NCBI GenBank assembly: GCA_048013815.1
Contig: CM106585.1
Coordinates: 12,772,001 to 12,836,000 of the forward strand
Source: Setoptus koraiensis
Lineage: Eukaryota > Animalia > Arthropoda
Length of the DNA: 64,000 nt
Direction: 5' to 3'
The notes under the pieces are model-generated. The model searched no databases, was not told where the DNA came from, and was given only the letters and a program-made list of their open reading frames with translations. Below, one piece after another: positions 36,001 through 49,817 of the stretch; the first letter of the stretch is position 1; every line of letters begins with the position of its first letter. The translations under genes were made by a program, and so were the position numbers.

Positions 36001-39000
36001 TTCTTTGAAACACCTCGTTTCTCATCTCATTTTCGTGCAAACATCCCCCACAGCAGCATCTAATAGCTTCTAGAGATAGAAAAAAGAGACTCATCCTAAT
36101 ATTTCCCAAGCGGCCTCCACTCACGATCACATTCGCACTCTTTTCGGCCCCATTTTTCCGTACTTTTTAACTCCACAATGCGGCCAAGGTTGTTTTTCTC
36201 AAATTCAATCGGCATAAGAACAGGAGCTCGATCATTCAATTGTGTTCTGTGCATTGCTCACTCTAGTTCTTTGTTGTTTATGGCCACATAGAAAATAAAA
36301 AAGAGGTAGGTTGTGTGTTATTTGGCCCCAACTTTGTTCGTATCAGGGCAAAAGAAAAAAGTGCAAAAATGCATTTGCAGTTTAGATCAATTGTAACTGT
36401 TACAAAGAACAGTCCGCTACTAATATTAACTTGCTATTTACTCAAACATAAACACTCCCGTTGCACCAGTAAGAGTAAAAATCTGTTTTTGTTTTGAGAT
36501 GTGTTCAGTTCATCTAGAATTTAGTTAGCAGGCAGAAATCGCATTGTGCTCGAAAGGTTTGAGCCAAACACCTGACTTCTGATTGCGAGCTTCAGTCTTT
36601 TTGTTTGTTCTGGAGCCATTCAATCATGTAAATGGCCCCACCGAAGAATATATTACGCGGCACTCACTTTTATTGTGCAACGTTTCGACATCCACATCCA
36701 GCGATATCCGTCGGCTTGCTCGTTTCGCTTATTAGTTGTTGAGCTTGCATATTCAATGAGCTATTTTTTATTGCTAAATGTATGTGCTTGAGCATCGGAA
36801 TTAAACGATTTGGTTAGCCGAACGGATTTTTTTTCTTATTTACCAGACAGAGACACAAACAATTCGCACTATCGTATTTTTTTTTCTTTAAATTGTCATG
36901 AACCTCGATTTCGAAGGTTCTTTCACTGGTAATTTGCAGAGAATTTCTTTTCAAATGGCTCCTCATAGGGCAAGGAAGAAAAGGTCTCCAAAGAAACTCC
37001 ATGGAAAAAAGATCTCATGAAAATAAACGAGTCGATCGCTGTTTGGATGGAGTGATTCTTTGAGATAGTGGCACGTTCCATAATATTATGTGCTGGCGAC
37101 AGAAAATTACTGAGTTTATCCCTGCGACCTAAATTTACATTCGTCTTGCACAGTGTCGAAGCGTTTTTTTCGATTTCAAGTTTAAATGAAATAACTCAAC
37201 CGGAAGCGCCGAAACCACAATCACCTTCACATTGTGAGCATGAGTTTGTGTTGTCAGCATTATCCTGCGAACACGATACGAATATCTGAGAATGAGAATT
37301 GAGAAACATCGAGAAATGAATCTCGCGAGTCGTATGACGACAATAAGCAACGGCGATAAAATGAGAAAAGGGGTCGATAAAAACGACTCAAAAAAAAAAC
37401 AACAATTCGGCTCGAGCACTCGAAATTGCGACAGATTGGTCATGATTATCGTCATCTTGTTGATATGTCCAGTAGCTGAACCTCTTTCGCTTGGTCGCTT
37501 GCCCCTTGTATGCATATGTGGGCACCGAAAAAAAAAATGGGGCCTCACTTGGTGATACTATGGTCGAATTTGCAATGGTGGCCTGTTTCAGGGCCAGGTT
37601 CGATTGTCTGTTCGTCTGATTATAGCTCACCATAGCTCGATGTCGTCGTCATTGGTGCCAAGTTGGGGCCGCAGTCGTGGTGATAGTTTTCGCTATGTTT
37701 GCTATTGGTGGTTTTGTCTGCATGTTCATCCATGGCTCATTTATGGTATTTGGTATGTGGCAAAAACGTGCAGTTAAATGCAGATAAAATGCATCGCAAA
37801 CAAGATAGGCGAAACAGTGTAGCGACGAATGCGATTGAATTCAGTTTGTCATTGTCGGCATGAAAAGGGGCCCCACGAAACATGAGCGAAAGCTTGTGGC
37901 GAGAGTAAGACACAAGAGAGCAACATGACAGACATTTACATTGAATTGTCATCAACGAGTGATTATATAGATAGCCGGATAGATTTTGTGCTGGGGCTTG
38001 TGAGTGTTCACGTCATTAGCATAATGGCCACAAACAGTTATTTTGTGTTTGTAGTGCAATAGTGGCAGTGTGATAATTGTGGCGCACATCGGACATGATA
38101 CTTTTGAGGCCTCAATTGAGATTGCTGCTGCACTGTCTGTCAGACAGTGTGTTAGTAATGGTGCACTGGGGGGTATATGTGACGACAATTGTTGAGGGTT
38201 TCGGGGTATTGGTGAGCACTATTGTGTGTGTGTGTGTGTGTGTGTGCAATTGTGAGCAATTGTAATAGCGACAATTGTCACAAACAAGGCCCATACACGA
38301 TTATAACAATTGTGCCAGTGTGTGTGTGCCAGCGAGTAAATGGCTGAAAATAGATATTGCGTCATTAAATAACCGACCGGTAGCAAATGATGCCACCACC
38401 TATCTGATGGTCTGTTGGTCTCGTGCAGTGTTGCACGCGCTGGCGCTGGCACGTGGTGAAATAGTGACAAACAAAACTAAACACTATTGTGTGCCACTAA
38501 TTGAATTTCTATAACAAAACGAGATAGTTGCCAGTGATACTTGGCAGTGATAATGGAGCAGTGCTGCTCGAGCGAAATAAGTGCAACTGTGTGTGCTGTT
38601 TTTTAAGCCAACCACCCCCGCCATATATATATATATATATATATCACGACCAGAAGCGCCGGCAAATCTGGGTTACGCAACAATCTCATTGTGACGCAAT
38701 GAATATAACTTGAAGTTGACAAGTTGAATTGAGCATTTGGTGCTCGCGCGCTTGTGTGTCACTGTAGCGTGTCACTGACTCGCCGGCGACCGTTGGCCTC
38801 AATTGAATTGAATTGAATTGGATTGGATGGGATGGGATTGAATTGGATTGAGTTGAGTCGCGTTGAGTTGAGTTGAATTGAATTGAATTCCGAATTGAAT
38901 AAGTCGACCGGGTTGCAGGCAGCGCAATCTGGCCGCTGAGTCGCTAGATAATGGCACCACCATTACCATTACCAAATGCCATTCAACGGTAAAGCACCAT

Positions 39001-42000
39001 CGCTGGCAGATGAAAAAGAAAGATCGAAAAGCTTGCCAGCCGTAACTAGCCGCCAGGCCAGATATCGCGTGCCAGATATTGTCGCGCGTTCGTTTGGCGC
39101 CTTTTTCGCACCGTTTTCCCCTGTCGCCGGGATATTTGCCGCCGCAATATGAAATGTGAGCGCGTTCATTGGGCGCCAGTTTATGCCAGTTGCAGCCGCT
39201 CAAATTCAAGAGAGTTATTTACACCGCCATTGTTTATATGCTTGTCATATTGTGTGCCACTCGGTCAGTGGGGTCCGCTCGCTCGCTGGCTCTCGTTAGA
39301 ATCTAACGGTTATAGATAATATCGAGTCACGGCTAGGAGGCGCGAGCCATCTGGCGAGCCGCTCTGGGCAAATCGTTTGGCCGGCGAGCTGTCTGGCGAC
39401 ACGGGCGAGTGTAGAGTGACCACTTGAGGCCCGGCGTAACTAAACTCTCGGCTTCTTCTTCATTTCGATTGCAATAAAAGCTAGATTATTTGGAACAGGT
39501 GAAGTGGTTGTTTCGCTGGGGATTAATATGATACTGGCAATCTGGTGGCCCGAGTAATCGATTCGCTGAGCGGCCAAAAGGCCCAAGGTTGCAGTTGCGG
39601 CTCACAGCCAGCAGACTATTTTACCGGCGTGTGTTTGCTGTGTGTTTGGCTGACATTTGGTGTTTGTATCGATCTGATCTCATTCGATGCGTTGATCCGA
39701 TGCGTTGATCCGATGCGATCCGATGCGATCCGAGATAAAGATAGAATGAGCGGATATTTGGGTACCGCATTCGGCACAATAACCAACCGAACCAACCAAT
39801 AGTTTGCCGGCCAAGTTTTGTTTGGCCACTCGACTGGCTCGCTCATTCAGCAATTGTCGAGTACCTTGAATATGAGCAGCTCAAGTCTGCGCTTGTTTTC
39901 TGTCACAATATCCTGTCTTTTAGCGGCCCAAAAGGGCCCCCACGCGGATATTAGTATTGTGTGTGTGTGTGTGTCGCAGCGCACGGGCAAACTGAACTGC
40001 GAAAGAAATCATCACTGCATTCGGATAGATATAGCCTGTCGTTATGAAATAATCGAAACAGATATAAGGCAACAGCTTCATTTGTCATAAATAGGTAGAA
40101 TAAGACGGCGCAGGCAGGAATTGTCGCGGCCAGACAGAAAAAGGGGAGCGAAAGAAGCAGCAAAAAAGAGCGTTCGGATTTGTCGTTGGTTGTAGTTAGT
40201 TTTTGGCTAGTTTCTCTTCTTTTCTATTGTATTATCTCTGTCCGACTATTGTATTCGGTTCGTGTGTGTGTGTGTGTTTGTGTCACATTGCTCTTATCAT
40301 TCTGGCAACCATTTGCGAACAAATACAGCAACTTGTCTCGCCATAAATCATCCTTCATAAATCAGTTTTTGGGGCTTTTGCTCCTTCTTTTTCCCTTCTC
40401 CCCTTTTTTACTCGCACTCCTTATCCTCTGTGCCTCTGTGCGGCCGATCCCTGTTATTCGATGGGATTCGACTGCCGATTCAATTGGATCAAATTGCAAA
40501 TCAACGGAATGGGCATCAATTTGATCAATCTCTCTGTCCATCTATTTTATACCAACATGCCAAGCATTCTCGTATATATATATATATAGATGGATAGATA
40601 TGAATGCTTGGCGTCGCCAATCTCCCCTGCGGCCCCTTAATCCATTGCTTAGTCTTGTTTAATGCCTCGCCTCGGCTGTCCTTGACCATTATATCCGCTA
40701 CCACTGGCTACAATATTTGGATGCTCTAATGGAAGTTATTTATTGTTGTGTGTCGTTATGCTAAAGTATTTATGCTCGCTCCTCTCATACTTGCTCGAAT
40801 TCCACAGCCATCCAACGCCATCAATGCTTGTTGTGTATATATGCCCACAATATCTAGATGAATGTCTCGATGAGTGGTGTGTATGTGCGCGAGTGGGTAG
40901 CAGTGTCATGATCGGCCTATTCATTATTTATATATATATATATATATATGGGGCCCAAATGGCTGACCAGTGGGGCCGCCAACTCTCTGCCTCTGCCATC
41001 TCCTGTCCTGTCCTGTCCTGTCGACAGCCAAGTCGATAATATCGCAACCAGTCCATAGTAACGGATAGTTCGTAGGAACGGGCCCACACGAATTGGGTAC
41101 ATAGTGGGTGAGTGAGTGGCCCGTAGTAACGGGTAACAGATGGCCCCAAACAAACAAACAAACGCAATCACTGGCCCCCGCGAGTAGCCAACAAGCAATA
41201 TGATATGTTGCGAGACAACCATGCAGCCAGTTGATGGGGGCTCCGTATCAGTGCCTTCAATTCATATCAGACACAACAACGCTCGTCTGATGAGACAAGA
41301 TGATATGACGGCATAAGACGGCATGAGACGGCATGAGACGGCACACCAGACGAGATAATATGTGCCAGACAACTGATTCGGGGGCGCCGCATCCGAGCAA
41401 ATCATCCGACACACACAATGAGAGATGTGCTGCCTTCCATCGGTCGCCGTCGCGTCTAGCATCATCGCATCCAGTTTCGGGTGGCTCCCTCGCCCGTCAG
41501 CCTAGAGCAATATCTTTTTTTCACTGTCTGCCTGGCGGTATATAAATACATAAATATTTAAATGCCAGCCTGTCCTGTGATTCACAAGTGCCAATTGTTC
41601 GCTCCATGACACGCGAGAGCTTTGATTCTAATTGGCCCCATCGCGCACCTGAACCAATTGTGAACTTTGAGCGTGTATTTTGAATTGCCTCAATTTTTTC
41701 TTTCGCAAACAAAAGGTGCGCGAGAATCACCAGATCTCTGCATTGTAGCCGACTGGTGCCGACTGGTGCCGACCGGTGCCGACCGGTGCCGATTCAAGCC
41801 GATTGCTGGGCATTGGCGCCAACGGTGCGAGAGGCCCAGTGGCACTGAACTCATGTGCTTGCTTGTCTAAGCAAACTCACAGCATCTGATGCACTCGTAA
41901 TTCATCTGCTGCAGCCCGGATAAATTGTCCGCGATAGTTCACTTAATCTGGCATGACATTGTATCGCACACACACACACGAGCTGACAAGCTCGCTACCG

Positions 42001-45000
42001 AGCTAGATATTGACTAGCCGAGCATGGCGAAACTACACCGAAATGCAATTATGGCCACTTGTTTTGACGCCAACAGTTGGTGCGCGAATCGCGACACCTA
42101 CATGCAAATACGCTGCATAGGTGCTAACTAACCTAGCTAGCCAAAAATGCAGCAGTTGCGCCGACCATCAATTAATTGACTGACCAAACTATCGCAAATG
42201 CGTAAATGATTACAACAATGTATGTGCAACTGGGAATAGTTGTGTGCAGTTGCAAACGATAGCAGTCGAGAATAGATTGACACGAGCCGAGCGTTTCGCT
42301 CGAAAATCTGCCACGAGCACGCAGTCGATCACGCTGGCGATAATATGAGCCAAAGCGAGCATTGGCTCATATTATTGCCAGTTGGGGCCAGCGCGATGGA
42401 ATGAAGTCGCGCTCAAAAGCTGCTCGCGCTCACCAACAATCAGCAAACAATCAGCAAAAATGGCCAAACTGACCGTCACCGATGCAATCCAGTCCATCGT
42501 CGATATTTCAACTATTGCACCAGATAAATAGACAGAGTGAATAAATAATACAGTGCACGTACAAGCTGACCCGTGTGTGCTCATTGTGCGAGCTTGCCAG
42601 CCGGGCCCCGTTTGTGTTTGCTCTAGGTGGCCATGTGTGTACATTGCTAGTAGAGATTTGCGTACTCTGTACAAACATGTAGGTACGTATTGGTACATAC
42701 ACATTGAGCCAACAGCTCCCAGTGACCGGGGCCCGCTCGTCAATTATGGGCCCTCTAAAATATGTTGGCCGCGCACGGCGCTCGGCTTTCATTTATGCGC
42801 CGTTTAGGCGAGTTTATTTTATCATATTGGCCCCAACTGGGAATAATTATGCGCGCTGTATCTCGAACGGTGGCCATGATGACTTGGGGCCAAGTCGTGC
42901 TCTGGGCCCCAGAGAAAGAGGCTGGCCCATGACACACATTTATACATGCGAATATATCTCGGTGTATAAATACGAATGTATAAATGTGTGTGTGCGTGCG
43001 CTTGGCCCCAACAGATAAAGTGGTTGCTGGTTGTTGTTGCATGGACAATGAGAACACACAAATCAATAACATCATATCGACACTGGCGCTGGCTCAATGT
43101 TTAGACAACTGGCTTGGCACACTCGCCAACTGCGTTTATTTCGTGCTCGCTGTGCACACAAATAAACGAGCGCTTCTCTCGCTCGTTCTCTGGCGAGGCG
43201 CTTCTCGCGGGCCTCTCGCGGGCCTCTCTGGCGCCTCGGTGCTGCTCGCTGCGGAGACGCGACACTGTCGCTGCCAACAATGTGCGTTACGTAATACAAA
43301 CAAACTGGCAGCAGCTAGTTAACACGGTGCTGGCGTGCAGTCACTGCTGCCGAAATACTGCCGAAATGCTGCCGAAACGCTGCCGAAATGCCGAGCGAGT
43401 GTCAGCAGTAACTACACAACCGTAAAACTGCGCCACTGTCAGTCTTTTCGTCTGTCATACAATCTGGCCCGGCAATCACACGCACGCCCCGATGATATCC
43501 AATCTGGCCATATCCATCAGCCTGCCACTGCCATGTGCGGGCCCCTTGGACACTTGCAGCGCCACTTCACTGCAGCGCCATTTCACTGCAGCGCCATTTC
43601 GCTGCGGCGCCATTTCACTGCGGCGCCATTTCGTTGCCGGGCCCCGGCCGAGACGGGCCGGTCGCCATTGAGACGGCCGCAGCTCAAGCGACTGACTAGA
43701 ATTAAATAGACGCCAATTGAATTGATTCAATGCGACCCCCTTCGATTGCAGCCATTTCGGGCCCGTCGTCGTTCGTCGTTCGAGCCAGTTCGGGCCGAGC
43801 GCTCATTTCGCAGCCGGCCCAAATAATAGTAATAATAATGATAACTTAACAACGACCCTAGGTCGACAATCCCGGTCGAGAATTGTCAAATTATTGAGTT
43901 TGAGGCCCCATTTGTCTACTGTGTCGCTTATGAGCGGGCGGGCGGGTGCAATCTAGGCAGGCCTGTCTGGCCTGTCGGGCGTCGCAGGCCGGCCCCAGTG
44001 GCATTGTCATCGTCGGCCGCGATGGCAATGGCACTAGATGAAGCGGAGAAAAAGGCCAACTTCACTATCAAACACACACTGGAGGCTCCAATTGCCAGCC
44101 AGCCCGGCCCCCAATTGGGCCCGTCGTCGTCTTGTGTCTGGCCGTCTGTCAGCTAAACAGAAAATTGTTGTCTATTCGTGCCTACTTGGAAATTGTACCA
44201 ACATTATGTTCCATTAATAGATTGCTTTTGAGAATTGGCAGCATCACCGCTGGCTGCTGTTGTCGTTGTTGTCGTTGTTGTCGCTGTTGTCGTTGTCGTT
44301 GTTGTTGTACATAGTTTACTACTTTTCGCTGGCGCCAGTTAGCAACAACATTTGAATTGAACAGTTTTTGTTGTTGTTGTTGTTGTTTGTCGCTGGCGAG
44401 CCCACGAAGCCGTTCCACATGACTCTGCAAACCGATAGCGGCCAATAGCGACATACAAGTGCCCTTGGTGGATTATATGTATGGAATAGCACTGGCGGGG
44501 GCCCCACCAACGGCAAGTGTCAACTCTGTCCGACTGGCTGCCGGGCTAGGCCAGCGCGTCGGGGCCCAGCTGCCCAGCATGAAACGAGGACCCGTCTTGT
44601 TCGACCCGTTGTGTTCTTATTCCAGTGGCGCCACTGTCGTTGTTTTTGCCCTTGTTGACGGGCCCACCACCACGCCAGCCGCACCAAGCAAGCACCAGCC
44701 GGAGCAATGGTGCCTGAACTGTGCTCGAACTCTGGCCCAAATGGGGCCCCGCTAGCAAGAATCCGCTACATTAGTTCAGCTGGGTCATCAATCAACTAAC
44801 AAGCTCGTCCGCTACAATTCGCCATTGTTCATTTGTGCAATTGCATCGATTGTTTGGTGTCTAGTGCTGGTGCCGTCGCTGCCAGCGATCTATGGCATCA
44901 TTACATCGTGAATATCATCATCATCATCGTGTTTAAAATACATACATTTATTATAACGAGACAAGATAACATTACTTATTATTACTCGGCTGTCACACGC

Positions 45001-47450
45001 ATTATTGATGATTATTAAATGATGATTCTTTGTTCTTTTTCATTTGCTGCCAGTTTGACTAGACAGCAGCGTCAAACATCCGAATAACTAAAAGAAAATT
45101 GTTTGCGCTCATTTTTCATCTTTTGATTTTTCACTTTGGATTTTCCAAATTTTGCACATCCCTCGAGCTTATTAATCATGCCGTCACTTGAGAAATGTCT
45201 ACCAGAGCAGCACACCGACGCTACAACGGGATTCAAGATGAAAAGAAAGTTCCAATCTTGAATTCAACCCTTGAAATTTCTCCACCAAAGTTTTGTTGAG
45301 AATCGATTTTTTGTTGTTGTCATTCAATATTCTGATTTCGGGGTGAACAACTCATCTGCGCACTGGGCGGCCCCCCAAATCATCGAATTCATTGACCAAT
45401 TTTCACTGATAGATGCCGGAATTATCCATCGAAATTTCGTCAGAAAAAAAATGCTTGAAAAAAAAAACGCTTGAAAAAAATGTCAGAAAAAAAAAATGCT
45501 TGAAAAAAAACGCTTGAAAAAAATGTCAGAAAAATGTGTTTATTTCGTAGTGGGATGCTCCCCTTTTCGCCTCCTCTCCGAGGTGGTCTGAGTGATTTCG
45601 AACCTGCTGGCAATCACAAGACGCCACTCATTCCGACAGCAGGAAGCACCGGAGTATCAGGAAAAGATGAGAAGGAGCGCAAAGAGGAGAGAAAAATTGA
45701 GGAAAAACTCGAAATATATATGACAATTGAAAAGTGATAGTGGAAAAATGATTGTTTCTTGCTCTTATAAATTTCATCTGCAGCTCAATAACAATCACCG
45801 ATATTTAAATGACCGATTCGTTCTTTTTCTCGCCCCATTTCGCTGCACAGATTGGAACAATTTGGACTCCGTCCTGAAACTGTGATGGTGTCAGGCTTCA
45901 TCTCATTGATTTCCGCCTGTCTAGGGTTGTGCGCTCTAAATTATTCATCGTATTTGACCCTGGGCATCTATGGTAAGTCGACAGTGATAGTAATATGTGG
46001 CCGGTGTGTGCGAATAAGTATATAAAACACTGATAACTGGCACAGCTTGAAATGAGGCCAACAATTGACTGATCTCATGCCATTATCTCGTTATCTTATG
46101 GTGTGCGTTGCCATTATCATTATATTATTATGGTTGGACTACTATCGTTAATCAGGTGCATTCTGTAGCCTATATGTGCTGGTGTTACTATTCGGACTGC
46201 CCAATTCATGGTACAAGAGTGATAGATATCACGAGGGCGGACTTGTTTTAGATATTATCTATTATTCATTGATTGTTACATTGTTATCATTGTCGGTGTT
46301 TGCGTTTATATTTGCCTACTATCTGAAATGCAAAGAGGACAAACGCAAATCAATGCCGTGCACCTGTGGCGCTAATAATAATCATAACCACAACAACGGA
46401 AGTGGAAACCAATTACTGACATCATCATCCAATATTAGCAATAGTTTAGATAGGCGTAGTAGTAACAACAACAACAATAATAATAATAATAATAATCAGA
46501 ATAATAGTAATCTGATGCAGTCGCATCATCTCAATCTCAGTAGCAGTAGCCAAGAATTAAATTTAAGAGATTTATATGCACCTAGAATATCAGCCTCATA
46601 CACCCGTTTATCTTATCCGTCGCGAGCGCCAACACGCGCAACATTATGTAACAGCAGCAACCATAATACACATGGCAACCATCACGCAACAACACGAAAT
46701 CATTTAATGAGCGCCAACGGTGCCGGTCAGCTGCATAATAGGCAAACAACAGCGAGCCACCATCATCACCAACAGCAACAACCACAACATTATTCACAAC
46801 AGCAACAGCAACAACAACAAAAGTCATCCACTATCCAGGGTCTGATAATAAATTCCGACTCATTGAATGGGCTTGATTCGAGCAACCGAATGCTATTAGC
46901 TGGATGCCAATCGTCGTCGCCGCCACTGCCAGCATCGCAAACATTGCAGCCACACCAACCGTCGTCGGCGCCAGCACAAATAAAAACCATTCATGGTAAC
47001 ATGACAATGGCCAATAATCAACAACAGCAACAACATCGTCATCACAACAGCAACAACAACAAAACCGACAGTTCATTGCATCTACAGCAACAAGACAACT
47101 CAGCACAATACTGTCCTAATCAACAACAACAACAACAACAAATTACTTCTACAACAATGCCAAGGCCGCGCAGCGCTTCCGGTCACATTTCCGGTCAATC
47201 AAATAAGCGCAGTTATTGTTCGTCGTCTGTGGCTGCGGTGACTGCTGCCGCCGCGGCCGCTTTACTAGGCGGAGTGGCCGATGGTGGCGCATGGATAGAC
47301 AGTGGCCATTCGCATAATAACTTAATTGACTCTAGTGGCGATTATTGTGAAACAAATTGTGACTTTGACCAGAATGCGGCCGCTTCAATGCCAGACACCT
47401 TTCACACTACAATCACTAGGCCAGATTTTATGTATCAAATGCAAAATTGA
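33007..47450 (+). CDS. Four-TM (tetraspanin-like topology) protein with a long N/Q/H/S-rich cytoplasmic tail; exons 33007-33113, 45851-45972, 46156-47450; 507 aa
   Basis: Exon phases match (AG|A and G|GT) at canonical GT-AG sites: MPRYISAALWGLVSLNLITLVVGGLVTWLGYAIPMR|LEQFGLRPETVMVSGFISLISACLGLCALNYSSYLTLGIY|GAFCSLYVLVLLFGLP...LDIIYYSLIVTLLSLSVFAFIFAYYLKCK. The link from exon 1 to exon 2 is inferred. Confidence 0.65.
38801..38890. repeat. Degenerate pentanucleotide (AATTG/GATTG/AGTTG)n tract
   Basis: aattgaattgaattgaattggattggatgggatgggattgaattggattgagttgag...aattgaattgaattc. Confidence 0.9.
43555..43637. repeat. 16-bp minisatellite, 5 copies (TGCRGCGCCATTTCRC)
   Basis: tgcagcgccacttcac tgcagcgccatttcac tgcagcgccatttcgc tgcggcgccatttcac tgcggcgccatttcgt. 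Confidence 0.95.
45439..45536. repeat. A-rich ~44-bp tandem repeat, ~2.3 copies
   Basis: gtcagaaaaaaaatgcttgaaaaaaaaaacgcttgaaaaaaat is repeated with variable A-run lengths. Confidence 0.8.
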
Positions 47451-48886
47451 CAAAAATTGATTTTTGTGCTGACATGACAAACAAATAAATAATAATTAAT
47501 TATATACAAATCACTGTTACATTTTGTTGAGCCACTTCGTTTTGGCAGGCCAACCAAAATACGGCCATATCAGTCGACTACCACTCATTAGAAATGTATG
47601 CGCGTGAATGGCGTGTCATGAAACCATCGGCCAATTTGCTGGGTATTTATTTACTTCCGGTCGTCCGTTTGCGATAATTATCTAGTTAGGCAATTTTAGG
47701 TTATGCAATTTTATTTTATGCTATCCCAATGAACGGATTGGATGCGCCAATTTGGACGAGCGTTGCCATCTGTCGAGACTGTCGAGTTGAGAGCAGCACA
47801 TTGAATAGTATTGAATGGTGGCGACAGCGTCATTATCACTGTTGTTCATTATGAGCACCTATCGTCACTGACGATTCGTCAGCACAATGATTGATCTGTA
47901 ACTTTTAGCCGTTGTGCCGGCAGCAGCGCGAAAACAAATTGATAATGACGATTCATTGCTCATCTGCTGCATTATTGTGTTTTATCCGGCCTAGCTCTGT
48001 TATCGTTATCTGTGGCAAGTGCATATTATCAATTATCGAGACTAATCTCCCAGATTAACAAGCCTAACTACTGGCACAACCGACTAGCGAAGTAGTGATG
48101 GCCACAAGCGACCACAAACCACACGACGTTTGCGCATCGGTCGCAACTTGCCACTGTCAGCTGCCGTCAGTCAGTCGGGCCAACCAAAACAAATCTCGAA
48201 TCACGTCTCAAACAAAAGTAAACGCAACTCTTGCAACAATCAATCAAATGGTATGCTGATAGTTGCATCAGTGAATATCCCTATATAGTGCACAAAGTGT
48301 ACATAGTGCGACACAAGTGATTTATTAACAGGCGGCCCCATTTGCTCATTACTGTGCCGACTCAGTATTGTCAATTGGTGACATTATTTTATCAGCGATT
48401 TCATCAGCCAAGACCGAACTGTTCTTATTGTTGCGCAGTCTTAATTTTATTTGCAATTCGTGTGCCAACAATGTCCATCACAATGGCAGTGTTTTTTTCT
48501 CGCCTGCCAGTCGCATTGTTAACTGCAATTTGTGGCCCAGTGATGCCGCCAGGCAACAAATTGTAATTGTAACTGTAACTGTAATTAGTACAATAATAAT
48601 CACATTAGCCAACATAATTAGTTCACCAACAGAACAGACACAAGGTGACAAACATGTGATTGAGACATCAAATCAGCATAGATGTTTATTTTCATATCAT
48701 AGCAATAATGTAAGTATAAGTCATGTGCGATCGCTTGGCATCGGCCCCACAAATGCACAATCAGTCAGTTGCGTCACCAGTGCAGCTCCCAATGCTGCTG
48801 ATGCAAAGTGTGACAGCACAAGCAATTTGAAGACTTCAAAGCAAGATGAAACAAAATGGGTTAATTAGTGGCAAATACAATTATAA

Positions 48887-49784
48887 TTATATCTTGTCTA
48901 TGGGTATCCTCCTGCTTGCGGCCACTAATTGTGCCGTTGGCAAGGGGCAATCGACAGTGAGCACTCCATCTCTAGACAGCGATGATTTGATTAGTTCTGG
49001 ATCGGTTCCTTCTGGCAAATGAAACTCTCTATTATATTCCCTGTAGACGCTTCTGTTCTCTGACTTTTCCTCGTGTCTTGCGTGCACCTGCAGCGAGAGA
49101 TCATGAGATTATTTACGAGTACAACGAGATGATCACACATTGAGACACATTGAGACACATTGAGACACATTGAGATGGCGAGTTACAACTGTAACAACTT
49201 TAGACTCTCCAAACGCAAATTGTAAATTACAATTACATTGTGAGTCGCCAGTCGCAAATATCCAATTATGGATCACTCACCTGTAGTTTGTTGTCGATAG
49301 TTTTGACCTGAATCTCCTCTGGCTCGTACTGGGTGACGTCGAAACGTAGCTTGAGCACCTTGCCCTCCTCGCCCTCCTGAATCAGTGGCGATTGTAGACC
49401 CTCCAACCAATTGCGCGTGCTGGTGCTAATATTTTGGCTCTGGCTGCTGATATTGTTACTCAACAATGAATCATTGCGACTTAGTGAGCCGGAACGTGAA
49501 TCTGATCTAACTTGCTGCTGTTGCTGCTGCTGCTGTTGGTCTTGCAATGAGGTGAGGTCCGTTTCGCCAATGGACGAGCCCGATTTAATTGTTCTAGTTG
49601 TCGTTGTTGTTGTTCTGCGTTCTGTTGTTGTTGCGCTAGATCTGCCCGTGCCGCCTAACGGTATTTGTTCCACGTAGGAGGTTGTGGTTGAAGTGGCGCT
49701 AGTGGGACTATTTAGGGCAGCGTCACTACTGTCGGATTGTTGTTGCGCTGCCATTGTGTTGCTCGTTGTTGTTGTGGACGACGA

Positions 49785-49817
<33 letters not shown>

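Noticed and set aside
36302-36318. gaggtaggttgtgtg resembling let-7
   Set aside because: It lacks the full UGAGGUAGUAGGUU sequence, and I saw no complementary hairpin arm.
34900-45800. Dozens of 60-137-aa ORFs inside the giant intron as nested genes or TE fragments
   Set aside because: None shows a recognisable domain, terminal repeat or consistent splice model. Most derive from simple repeats or GC-rich tracts.
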